Source: Akkermansia muciniphila
GTDB lineage: Bacteria > Verrucomicrobiota > Verrucomicrobiia > Limisphaerales > UBA9464
DNA: 39,317 nt
NCBI GenBank assembly: GCA_945861075.1
Contig: CAMATE010000001.1
Span: 1-39,317 of the forward strand
Reading direction: 5' to 3'
The notes below the pieces were generated by a model, which was not told the origin of the DNA, searched no databases, and worked only from the letters and a program-made list of their open reading frames with translations. Position 1 is the stretch's first letter; each line of letters begins with the position of its first letter. The translations under genes were made by a program, and so were the position numbers. Below are positions 17,355 through 25,706 of this stretch, in pieces.

Positions 17355-18696
17355 AGCGGCCCGTGCGGTGCTCAGGCTTGAAGAATTCCTGCAGCAGGCG
17401 ATCGACTTGCAGCAGGCCATCCCGGGTGAGTCCCAGATGGGTCTCCGATTCCACGAGAAATCCCCAGGTCTTGAGCGTGGCCAGCGGCGCAGCGAATCGA
17501 GTGCGGGGATCCTCACCGAACTTCTCCGTGAAGGCCCCGATACCCACGGTCCCAAGTTTCAATTGGAGGATGAATTCCCGCAGGTAGCGCTCGTCGTCCG
17601 GCAGGAGGTAGGCCCGGTAGGTCGGCAGTTGGCCTGCGTTGACCGCATCGACGTACGGCTGGAAATCGTGGTGGTTCTGGTAGTGTACCCGGTTGAGGTG
17701 TCCAAAGCTGGCCACGCCGATGCTCAAGAGGTCAGCCCCGCTGAAGAGTCCCTGACGGTACTCGAACTTCACCCGGGCAGGATCTTTCACCACGGTGGTC
17801 GTGCTCGTGACCGTGTAGCCACGCGCCTCGAAGGCTCGGAACGCCTCATCCACCCAACGGCGCTTGGTGTCCCAGTCAGCGACCGGTGCCACCAACTTTC
17901 CTTCGGCCTTCATTTGCCGGTAGATACCCGTGTTGTAGGGCACCTCCATTTGATAAATGGTCACCGAGTCGGGTTCCATCGCCACCGCCTTGGCCACGGT
18001 CTCCTGCCACTTTTCAGGAGTCTCCTCCACCATGCCGGCGATGAGGTCGATGTTGATTTGGGGGAAGCCGATTTCCCGGGCGTAGGCGTAGGCCCGCTGG
18101 ATCTCCTTGGAGCGGTGGGCGCGTCCGTTGATTTCCAGGATGTGGTCATCGAAGTGTTCGATGCCCAGACTTAGTCGGGTGACACCCATTTCGCGGATGG
18201 CCCGCAGCTTGTGATCGGTGAGTGTGCCCGGCTCGGCTTCGAAGGTGATTTCGCTCGCCTCATCCCAGGGCAGCAAGCGTTTCATGCCTTCGGTGAGATA
18301 CCGGAGTTGGTCCGGAGACAGGTAGCTCGGAGTGCCTCCTCCAAAATAAATGAAGCGGGGTTTCCGGCCTCCGATCACCGCCTTTTGGGAGTAGCTGGCG
18401 AGGTCTTTGAGCAGCGCATCGAGGTAGGCCTTGATGTCGTCGGCATTCTTGTCGGTGTAGACGCGGAAGTAGCAGAAATGGCAACGCTTCCGGCAGAAGG
18501 GGATGTGGGTGTAGAGCCCCAGCGGAACCCCCGGCTGCGGTGCTTGATCGAGCGCCTGATGGAAGGCGGGAATGGCCTCGGCGCTCCAGAAAGCGAATGG
18601 GGGATAATTGGCGACGAAGTAATTGCCGGCGGTCGTCTCCCGCTGGATGGGCGGGCCCGAGGTCGCAGGCGGCGGGGCAATGGTGACGGTACTCAT
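17347..18696 (-). CDS. HemN-family radical SAM protein (coproporphyrinogen-III-oxidase-like, non-canonical)
   Basis: From ATG 18696 (449 aa): LYTHIPFCRKRCHFCYF (CxxxCxxC without the fourth Cys of true HemN), GGGTPSYL, and a HemN_C-like tail. The long ORF extension to 19563 overlaps the DUF1295 gene in another frame. The stop overlaps the moaC start (ATGCCTGA). Confidence 0.87.
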   Translation of the reverse strand: MSTVTIAPPPATSGPPIQRETTAGNYFVANYPPFAFWSAEAIPAFHQALDQAPQPGVPLGLYTHIPFCRKRCHFCYFRVYTDKNADDIKAYLDALLKDLASYSQKAVIGGRKPRFIYFGGGTPSYLSPDQLRYLTEGMKRLLPWDEASEITFEAEPGTLTDHKLRAIREMGVTRLSLGIEHFDDHILEINGRAHRSKEIQRAYAYAREIGFPQINIDLIAGMVEETPEKWQETVAKAVAMEPDSVTIYQMEVPYNTGIYRQMKAEGKLVAPVADWDTKRRWVDEAFRAFEARGYTVTSTTTVVKDPARVKFEYRQGLFSGADLLSIGVASFGHLNRVHYQNHHDFQPYVDAVNAGQLPTYRAYLLPDDERYLREFILQLKLGTVGIGAFTEKFGEDPRTRFAAPLATLKTWGFLVESETHLGLTRDGLLQVDRLLQEFFKPEHRTGRYA

Positions 18697-18827
18697 GGTC
18701 GCGCTGTCGTTGCCTCCAAAGCTCCGGTCCGTCGGGACGATCGTCAATGAGGCAGAGTGTCCGGATTCAGTGGGGCGAACCTTCCGGGATTCAGGTTCCG
18801 CCCCTTCTCGGGAACGAGGGATGCCGT

Positions 18828-19682
18828 TCAGAGTTGTCCCGGCGGGCCCGGGAAAAAGGCGTTGGTGGTTTGTTGGTAGCGACGATACGCCCCTCCCTTG
18901 GACTTCACCGACAAGGCCTCGGTCATGGGGATGCCGGTGACGTTCACCAGGAAGTGATACATCAACGCCGGTGCCACGAGGCCCAGCCATCCCCAAGGGC
19001 TGGCCAAGGCAAAGATTCCGTAGCCCACCCACACCAACCATTCGCAGAAGTAATTGGGGTGACGTGAGTAGCGCCAAAGTCCCTGCTGACACACCTGTCC
19101 GCGTCGGGCGGGATCTGCCCGGAATTGGGCCAGTTGGTGGTCTGCCAGCGATTCGCCCAGAATACCGGTGACCCACAGTCCCAATCCGCCCCAGAAACAC
19201 ACCGTGGCCGATCCGCCGGCCCTGGGATCGGGAGGGTTCACGCTGGCCAAGATCCAGGGGATGGACAGCACCACTTGAAGGGCTCCCTGGAGCAGGAAGA
19301 AGCCTCGCATTTTCCGGTCGGTCTGCGGCCCCCATTCCCTCCGGAGTTGGGCATAGCGGACATCTTCCACCGGATGGTGGGATCGCACCCGCACCAGCAA
19401 GTGAAGGCCCAGTCGAAGGCTCCAAGCCGCCACCATGAGGCTCAGGGGCAGCCTCGGGCTCAGCGCCTGCAACAGCGATGGGCCGTCTGGCAATGCCGAG
19501 TGCGCCCGCCAGCCGGTGACCAGCAAGTAAAGCAGGATCAAGGGCGTGAACCCCGCCGACCACACGATATCGACAATGCCGAAATTCCCCAGTCGCCGGG
19601 CCACCTGAAAGGTCAGCAGCATTTCCACGACCACGAAAGTCAGCCCCGCGAGGATCAAGATCAGCGGAGTGGGCAAGCTCAT
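18828..19682 (-). CDS. DUF1295-family membrane protein (steroid 5-alpha-reductase / isoprenylcysteine methyltransferase-like fold)
   Basis: 284 aa polytopic protein. The C-terminal GLWRYSRHPNYFCEWLVWVGY signature is typical of DUF1295. Confidence 0.8.
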   Translation of the reverse strand: MSLPTPLILILAGLTFVVVEMLLTFQVARRLGNFGIVDIVWSAGFTPLILLYLLVTGWRAHSALPDGPSLLQALSPRLPLSLMVAAWSLRLGLHLLVRVRSHHPVEDVRYAQLRREWGPQTDRKMRGFFLLQGALQVVLSIPWILASVNPPDPRAGGSATVCFWGGLGLWVTGILGESLADHQLAQFRADPARRGQVCQQGLWRYSRHPNYFCEWLVWVGYGIFALASPWGWLGLVAPALMYHFLVNVTGIPMTEALSVKSKGGAYRRYQQTTNAFFPGPPGQL

Positions 19683-19698
19683 GGGGTGGGTCTCGGGC

Positions 19699-21015
19699 TT
19701 AAGCCGACATCAGGCTGCGATTGTTCGGGGCCGTCCAAGTGGCTTGTACCACGCTGATGTTCCGCCACAGGAAGGCCGATTCACAGTAGGCCAGGTAGTA
19801 ATTCCACGTGCGGATGAAGTGATCGTCGAAACCTTGATGGCGCACCTCTTGCAGACCTTGGTTGAAGCGCTGGCGCCACTCGCGCAACGTGCGGCCATAG
19901 TCGAGCCCCATGTCATGCAGGCTGTGCAGGTGCAGGTGTCCGGTTTGTTGCATCGACTGGTTCACGCGGTTGAGCGAGAGCAGCAGCGAGCCTGGGAAGA
20001 TGTGCTTCTGGATCCAGTCCACTCCGCGGCGCAACTCGGCATGGCGCGAATCGGGGTAGGTGATGAATTGGGCCGCGAACAACCCGTTGGGTTTGAGCAG
20101 GCGTTGGACGGTTTGACAGTACGCCTCGAGGTACTGGTCGCCGATGGCCTCCATCATCTCGATGCTGACGATCTTGTCGAACTGCCCTGTCACCAGACGG
20201 TAATCGATCACCCGCACCTCGGCGCGATCGGAGATGCCTTCCCGCGCGAAACGATCGCGACAATAGGCGGCCTGGGCCTCGGACAGCGTGATGGTGGTGA
20301 CTCGAGCCCCACGGGTGCGGACGGCGTGACTGGCCATGCCTCCCCACCCGGAGCCGATCTCCAGCAGGTGTTCACCGGACTTCAGTCGCAGTTCCCGGCA
20401 GAGGCGTTCGTACTTGGCGGTTTGGGCGGCCTCGAGGGATTGGTCGGGGGATTCGAACAGAGCCGCCGAGTAGGTCATGGTGGCATCGAGCCACTGGGAA
20501 TAGAAGGCGTTACCCAAATCGTAATGGGCCGCGATGTTGGCCCGCGAACCGGTGAGCGAATTTCGGTTGAGGAAGTGCCGCAGGCGGTTGGCGGCATTCA
20601 TGAGCGTGAACCGGAGCCGTTTCCGGGCTGATCCGGACATCGAGGGAGACTCCTCCACATTCGCGCAAAACCAGGCGATGACCGCGGCCAGATCCGGCGT
20701 TTCCCAGTCCCCGTCTTGGTAGGCCTCGCCAAAGCCGATGTCGCCGCCGATGGCGCACCGCGTGAAGAAACGCCACTGCCGCACGTGGATCTCCGCACCC
20801 GGAGTTTGTCCGGCGGAGCCGAACTCCCGGACCGAACCATCCGGATGAACCATCCGCAAATGTCCCTGAGACATGGGCTGGAAGAGCGAGGTCACGAGGT
20901 TCTGCGCCATGGAATCCATCCAGCGTCGGGCTGGTGGGTTCTGGGTAGCATCCAGAGTCCCGGCGGAAGCAGCGGCAATCGTCGGAAGGATCGAGTCGGG
21001 ATGGGAACGGCTCAT
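19699..21015 (-). CDS. cyclopropane-fatty-acyl-phospholipid synthase-family SAM-dependent methyltransferase
   Basis: AAHYDLGNAFYSQWLD, LLEIGSGWGG (SAM motif I), FDKIVSIEMMEAIG, YLAYCESAF. This is the CMAS-family signature with the long N-terminal domain seen in the DUF1365-linked subgroup. Confidence 0.9.
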   Translation of the reverse strand: MSRSHPDSILPTIAAASAGTLDATQNPPARRWMDSMAQNLVTSLFQPMSQGHLRMVHPDGSVREFGSAGQTPGAEIHVRQWRFFTRCAIGGDIGFGEAYQDGDWETPDLAAVIAWFCANVEESPSMSGSARKRLRFTLMNAANRLRHFLNRNSLTGSRANIAAHYDLGNAFYSQWLDATMTYSAALFESPDQSLEAAQTAKYERLCRELRLKSGEHLLEIGSGWGGMASHAVRTRGARVTTITLSEAQAAYCRDRFAREGISDRAEVRVIDYRLVTGQFDKIVSIEMMEAIGDQYLEAYCQTVQRLLKPNGLFAAQFITYPDSRHAELRRGVDWIQKHIFPGSLLLSLNRVNQSMQQTGHLHLHSLHDMGLDYGRTLREWRQRFNQGLQEVRHQGFDDHFIRTWNYYLAYCESAFLWRNISVVQATWTAPNNRSLMSA

Positions 21016-21075
21016 GGTGAAAAAGACATTGCGATGGTGGGCTGATTTACCGGATCCACAACCTCAGGATTTGCA

Positions 21076-21939
21076 TTATCGGGAATCGGCAGGATTCGGA
21101 GCGATGGATGCGTGGGGACGGAAGACGCCGCGTTGCAGTTCGCGATGCTCGGACTTGGCATGCCAAGGCACCCGTTTGAGCCACAGTCGGAGTGCCTGCC
21201 AGTGGATGGCGGTGATCACCTTCAGGGTCACCAGCGGGTAGCGGAGGCTCAAGCGAAGGACCTCCCGATCGGTGAACGGACGCTGGGTTCCGGTCAGGGT
21301 GGTGATGAGCAGGTTGCGCCCGTCGCGCACGTCGTTGACGGCGATACGCAGCCCGGGGCCCGGAGTCTGGAGTTGAAAATCAAAGCACACGTCCAGCGCG
21401 GTGAACGGTGACACATAGTAGTGCTTCGGCACGATGCAGCGGAACGATGTGCCATTGCGATCGGCCTCGAGCGGGACCACGTAGGGCTTCAGTTCGCCGA
21501 AGGTGTTGCCGACTTCGGCCACCGCGCAAATCGCTTCGCCCGAGGCCTTGGCACAAAAATAGAAGCTGACCGGGTTGAACACATAGCCGGCGATACGGGG
21601 CAAGGTGACTAGCAGGACTTTGTCGTCGTCTGCCAGAACGATTCCCTGATGACCGAGCCAGGTTTTCAGGGCGTTTTTCGTTCCGGTTTTTGCATCGCCT
21701 TTTTCGCCGTCCGGATGAGGGAGATGATCCGAATCCCGAAACTCCAACCAGTTGCGACGATTGTGACTGAAGCAACGCAGGCGCGCATCCAGCGCGTCGA
21801 GTTCGTCGAGGTCGAGGCAGGACAGGAAGATCCCGTACTCGAAGCGGTGCACCCGTGGCTCAAGTCGATGGTGCATCACCCGAGCCTCATAGAGGCAGGA
21901 GCGGAGCGGGGCATCGTTGTGGAGGGGGCGGTGGGCCAT
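21076..21939 (-). CDS. DUF1365-family protein
   Basis: LYEARVMHHRLEPRVHRFEYGIFLSCLDLDEL...FRDSDHL is the typical DUF1365 N-terminus. It lies upstream of a CFA-synthase-like gene, as in the conserved cluster. Confidence 0.8.
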   Translation of the reverse strand: MAHRPLHNDAPLRSCLYEARVMHHRLEPRVHRFEYGIFLSCLDLDELDALDARLRCFSHNRRNWLEFRDSDHLPHPDGEKGDAKTGTKNALKTWLGHQGIVLADDDKVLLVTLPRIAGYVFNPVSFYFCAKASGEAICAVAEVGNTFGELKPYVVPLEADRNGTSFRCIVPKHYYVSPFTALDVCFDFQLQTPGPGLRIAVNDVRDGRNLLITTLTGTQRPFTDREVLRLSLRYPLVTLKVITAIHWQALRLWLKRVPWHAKSEHRELQRGVFRPHASIAPNPADSR

Positions 21940-22010
21940 GCGTCTGAGAGAGACCGTCGCACCAACGGGAGCAATGTCGAGGCGGTGAAGCGGGCCAGCG
22001 ACTCACGACA

Positions 22011-22037
22011 GGCGACGGGCGACGGGCGACGGGCGAT
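22011..22037 (+). repeat. heptanucleotide tandem repeat (GGCGACG) x3 plus a partial unit
   Basis: GGCGACG GGCGACG GGCGACG GGCGAT, in the 172-bp divergent intergenic region between the DUF1365 operon and the ABC-F gene. Confidence 0.9.
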
Positions 22038-22111
22038 CAAAGCCACCCACCCGAAAGGACAAACCGTCCGTGGCTCCGGCTTTGGTTCCTGTGTAGGCTC
22101 TGGGCCTCATC

Positions 22112-24007
22112 GTGAACGAAGGCGTGCTTATTTCCGCTCAGGACCTCGTCCTGAACATCAACGACCGGGCCCTGTTGGACCGGGCCTCACTGGCCCTGTC
22201 GGCGGGCGACCGCATTGGACTCGTGGGTCGCAATGGTGCCGGCAAATCGACCTTCATGCGGCTCCTGGCTGGAGAAGCCGAGGCCGATGACGGAGTCATC
22301 ACGCGGCGACGGGAACTGGTGACGGGCTATTTGTCGCAAGCCTTCGAACTGGATCCCGAGATCACGGTCATCGAGGCCGCCCGCGACGGGGCCCGACATG
22401 TTCTGGCCCTCATCCATGAGTTTGAGAATCTCCCGGGTTATTCCAGTCGCCATGACCATCTGGAAGAGCGCATCCAACAGCTCGAAGGCTGGACGGTGGA
22501 TTCACGGGTCCGTACGGCCCTCAACCAATTGGGTTGCCCGCCTGACGATCGGAAGATCGGTGGATTGTCGGGTGGTGAGCGGCGTCGCGTGGCCTTGGCG
22601 CGGGCCCTGATCGCCCGTCCTGATTTTCTCATGCTCGATGAGCCCACCAACCATTTGGACACCGAATCGGTGGAATGGATCACCGAATTCTTGGCGGGTT
22701 ATCCGGGCGGTTTGCTGGTGGTGACCCACGACCGGCATTTCTTGGATTCGGTGGCGACCACCATCGTGGAGCTGCGCAACGGCAAGTTTGAACGGTACGA
22801 TGGCAACTACTCCGAATACCTGCTCCAGCGGGCCGAGAAGCTGGCCACTGAGGAGCTGACGGAACACAAGCGTCAGATGTTCCTGCGACGTGAAATCGAG
22901 TGGGTGCGTCGTCGTCCGAAGGCCCAGACCAGCAAGAGTCAGGCGCGTCTGGATCGGTTTTCCGCCGCCGAGAGCGCGGGCCCGCCGCCTTCCGAGTCGG
23001 AGATGGAACTGGTCATCCCGCCGCCACCGCCCTTGGGCAACCGGGTGGTGGACATCGAAGGTGTGGGCATGCAGTTCGGGGGGCGTCGGCTCTTCTCGGA
23101 TCTGAGTCTGAACTTCGCCGGCGGCACCCGCATCGGGGTGACCGGTCGCAATGGTCTGGGCAAGACCACCTTGCTGCGGATCCTCTTGGGCGAGATGCCT
23201 CCGACCGAGGGGGATGTGCGCATTGGATCCCTGACGCGCTTCAATTACGTCGATCAAGGCCGACTTCGGGTGAACGAAGAGCGAACTGTTTTGGAAGAAG
23301 TTAGTGACGGTACTGAATGGGTTCAGTGGGGGGATGAGAAACTTTCCCTGCGAGGCTATCTCAAGCGGTTTCTCTTCACTGATGATCGCATCACCACCCA
23401 GGTGAAGCACCTCAGCGGGGGCGAGCGCAGTCGGTTGTTGCTGGCGCGGGTGCTCAAGCGGGGCGGCAATTTCCTGGTCCTCGACGAACCGACCAATGAT
23501 CTGGACTTGCAAACCATGCGGGTCTTGGAAGAGGCGCTGACGCTCTTTCCTGGATGCGTGCTGGTGGTGAGCCACGACCGGTATTTCCTCAACCGCGTGT
23601 GCACGGGAATTCTGGCCTTCGAGGGCGAGGGGCAGGTGACCTTCAGTGAGGGCAACTACGATTACTATCTCGAGAAGCGCCGTCGGGCCGCTTCGGGTTC
23701 CGGTGGAGGCGCTCGGGAATTCAAGGTCACGGGATCACCCGCTGGATCCAAGGCAGGCAAGCCCCGCAAGCTCAGCTTCAAGGAGCAGCGCGAGCTGGAG
23801 GGCATCGAAGCGGTGATCCAGGTGGCCGAGGCGGAGGTGACCGAGCGGGAAGCTCAATTTGTGGACCCGGAATTCGTCCGGAAAAACGGAGCCCGGATGC
23901 AGGCGCTTCTGGCGGAGTTGGAGACGTCGAAGGCCAAGGTTGCCGTGCTCTATGCCCGTTGGGAAGAATTGGAGGCGGTCCGGGCTGCGTCGGCCGGCCA
24001 GTCTTGA
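22112..24007 (+). CDS. ABC-F family ATPase (Uup-like, tandem ATP-binding cassettes, no TM domain)
   Basis: Two Walker A motifs (GRNGAGKST, GRNGLGKTT), two LSGGE signatures (LSGGERRR, LSGGERSR) and a C-terminal coiled-coil tail. GTG start at 22112. Confidence 0.93.
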   Translation: MNEGVLISAQDLVLNINDRALLDRASLALSAGDRIGLVGRNGAGKSTFMRLLAGEAEADDGVITRRRELVTGYLSQAFELDPEITVIEAARDGARHVLALIHEFENLPGYSSRHDHLEERIQQLEGWTVDSRVRTALNQLGCPPDDRKIGGLSGGERRRVALARALIARPDFLMLDEPTNHLDTESVEWITEFLAGYPGGLLVVTHDRHFLDSVATTIVELRNGKFERYDGNYSEYLLQRAEKLATEELTEHKRQMFLRREIEWVRRRPKAQTSKSQARLDRFSAAESAGPPPSESEMELVIPPPPPLGNRVVDIEGVGMQFGGRRLFSDLSLNFAGGTRIGVTGRNGLGKTTLLRILLGEMPPTEGDVRIGSLTRFNYVDQGRLRVNEERTVLEEVSDGTEWVQWGDEKLSLRGYLKRFLFTDDRITTQVKHLSGGERSRLLLARVLKRGGNFLVLDEPTNDLDLQTMRVLEEALTLFPGCVLVVSHDRYFLNRVCTGILAFEGEGQVTFSEGNYDYYLEKRRRAASGSGGGAREFKVTGSPAGSKAGKPRKLSFKEQRELEGIEAVIQVAEAEVTEREAQFVDPEFVRKNGARMQALLAELETSKAKVAVLYARWEELEAVRAASAGQS

Positions 24008-24037
24008 ATCACACCCAGGTCCTGAACCACCGTCATC

Positions 24038-25351
24038 ATGGCTTCCTCCCCGTCGTCGACCTCTCCCTCGCACCTCCGAGGATTGGATTACTCGGTGGTC
24101 CAGCAGTGCATGCATTGCGGGCTGTGCCTTCCGAGTTGTCCTACCTACGACGCGACGAAGCTTGAACGCCATTCCCCTCGGGGTCGCATCGCCCTGATGC
24201 GCGCCATCGCCGATGAACGTCTGGAGCCCACCAAGACCTTCGCCGACGAAATGTATTACTGCCTCGGGTGTCTGGCCTGCATGACGGCCTGCCCGGCGGG
24301 GGTGGACTATGCGGAACTCTTTGAGAAGGCGCGCGCCGAGGCCGAGGCCTCCCGGGTGTTGGCTTCGCCCGGACGGTCGCTCATCCGGGCCCTGACCCTT
24401 CGAGGGCTGTTCATGGATTTGAACCGTCTCAAGCTTTTGGGTCGGGTCATGCAACTCTGGCAGGGACTGGGACTTCAGTCGGCGGTGCGTGTGTTGGGCC
24501 TGACCCGGTTGTTGCCGCGGCGATTCCGAGAACTCGAGGCCATGACTCCACCGGTGAAGTCCCAGTGGACCGAAGACCTGGTGGCTCCGGTCACGCCGGC
24601 GCGGGGAATTCGCCGCTTTCGGGTGGCGCTGTTGGCCGGCTGCGCCCAGGACCTGATCTTCAGTGACGTCAACCGCGATACGGCGGAGGTCCTCGCCCAC
24701 AATGGCTGCGAAGTGGTGACTCCGCCCGATCAGCACTGCTGCGGATCGCTCCATGCGCACAATGGTGAATGGGAACTGGCCCAGGAATTGGCTCGCCGGA
24801 ACATCGATCAGTTCCCGCCGGAATCGTTCGATGCGATCATCAGCAATGCGGGCGGGTGTGGTTCCCACCTGAAGCACTACGCCCGACTTCTGGCTGATGA
24901 TGTGCGCTACGTCGAACGGGCTCGGCTCTGGGATGCGAAGGTGAAGGACATCCATGAGTGGTTGGCCTTCACCGGGATCGAGTCGCCGCCCGCAGCCGGT
25001 GCCCCGCAGCAAGTGGTCACTTACCACGAATCCTGCCACCTCTGTCATGGACAGAAGGTCTCTGCGCAGCCCCGCTCGTTGTTGCGGGTGATTCCTGGGG
25101 TGCGGTTGGTGGAACTGCCTGAAGCCTCTTGGTGTTGCGGCAGTGCCGGCATTTACAACCTGACGCAGCCCGAGATGGCGGGCCAATTGCTGCAGCGGAA
25201 GGTGGATCATATCGTCACCACGCGGGCCCAGGTTGTGGCGACAGGCAATCCGGGTTGTCTGTTGCAACTGATCAACGGTTGTCGGGATCGAGGACTCGAG
25301 CTGCGGGTGGCGCATCCGGTGACTCTGCTGGCTGAGGCTTATCGACGCTGA
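24038..25351 (+). CDS. (Fe-S)-binding protein, GlcF / heterodisulfide-reductase-D-like (2x4Fe-4S plus two CCG domains)
   Basis: CMHCGLCLPSCP and CLGCLACMTACP ferredoxin motifs, with downstream CCGS and CCGSAG motifs. No glcD/glcE-like partner in the window. Confidence 0.85.
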   Translation: MASSPSSTSPSHLRGLDYSVVQQCMHCGLCLPSCPTYDATKLERHSPRGRIALMRAIADERLEPTKTFADEMYYCLGCLACMTACPAGVDYAELFEKARAEAEASRVLASPGRSLIRALTLRGLFMDLNRLKLLGRVMQLWQGLGLQSAVRVLGLTRLLPRRFRELEAMTPPVKSQWTEDLVAPVTPARGIRRFRVALLAGCAQDLIFSDVNRDTAEVLAHNGCEVVTPPDQHCCGSLHAHNGEWELAQELARRNIDQFPPESFDAIISNAGGCGSHLKHYARLLADDVRYVERARLWDAKVKDIHEWLAFTGIESPPAAGAPQQVVTYHESCHLCHGQKVSAQPRSLLRVIPGVRLVELPEASWCCGSAGIYNLTQPEMAGQLLQRKVDHIVTTRAQVVATGNPGCLLQLINGCRDRGLELRVAHPVTLLAEAYRR

Positions 25352-25404
25352 GTGGGTTTTGGGGTTTCGGAGGGATGGATTCTGGGGTGTGTCTTGGGTG
25401 CCGG

Positions 25405-25526
25405 GGCTCTGCGGGATCGGGCCTGCGCTCGCAGGCAGGCTCGGGGAGAGGAAGAGCTTTCGCGCTGTGCGCGAGGGGGTGGGGTGTTCGCCTGCAATGC
25501 TCGCTTCGGTCCGGTCCCGCTGCCGC
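25405..25526 (-). repeat. intergenic structured repeat M1, copy D (inverted, divergent)
   Basis: The reverse complement reads GCGGCAGCGGGACCGGACCGAAGCGAGCAT...CCCCTCGCGC-ACA-GCGCGAAAGC...CCTGCGAGCGCAGGCCCGATCCCGCAGAGCC. The stem blocks are conserved while the inter-stem segments are unrelated to copies A-C. Confidence 0.8.
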
Positions 25527-25706
25527 CCGGGGTGTGCGGTTGGGTGGGATGGAGCGGGACAGGGTCTGGATCAGACTCGTTCTGATGAGGCGTTTTTGGT
25601 TGGAGCCAGTTTCGCGTTGCCGGCTGGGGGATGGGGGCGTTTGATTTGAAGCTGTTCTCTGCGCGGTTTTCGTCAGCGACATGCCGTGCTTCAGCCTTTC
25701 GAAACC

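Noticed and set aside
18697-19563. N-terminal extension of the HemN-like ORF to 738 aa.
   Set aside because: The extension overlaps the DUF1295 gene in another frame and is Pro/Gly/Arg-rich. A clean ATG at 18696 precedes a HemN-like N-terminus.
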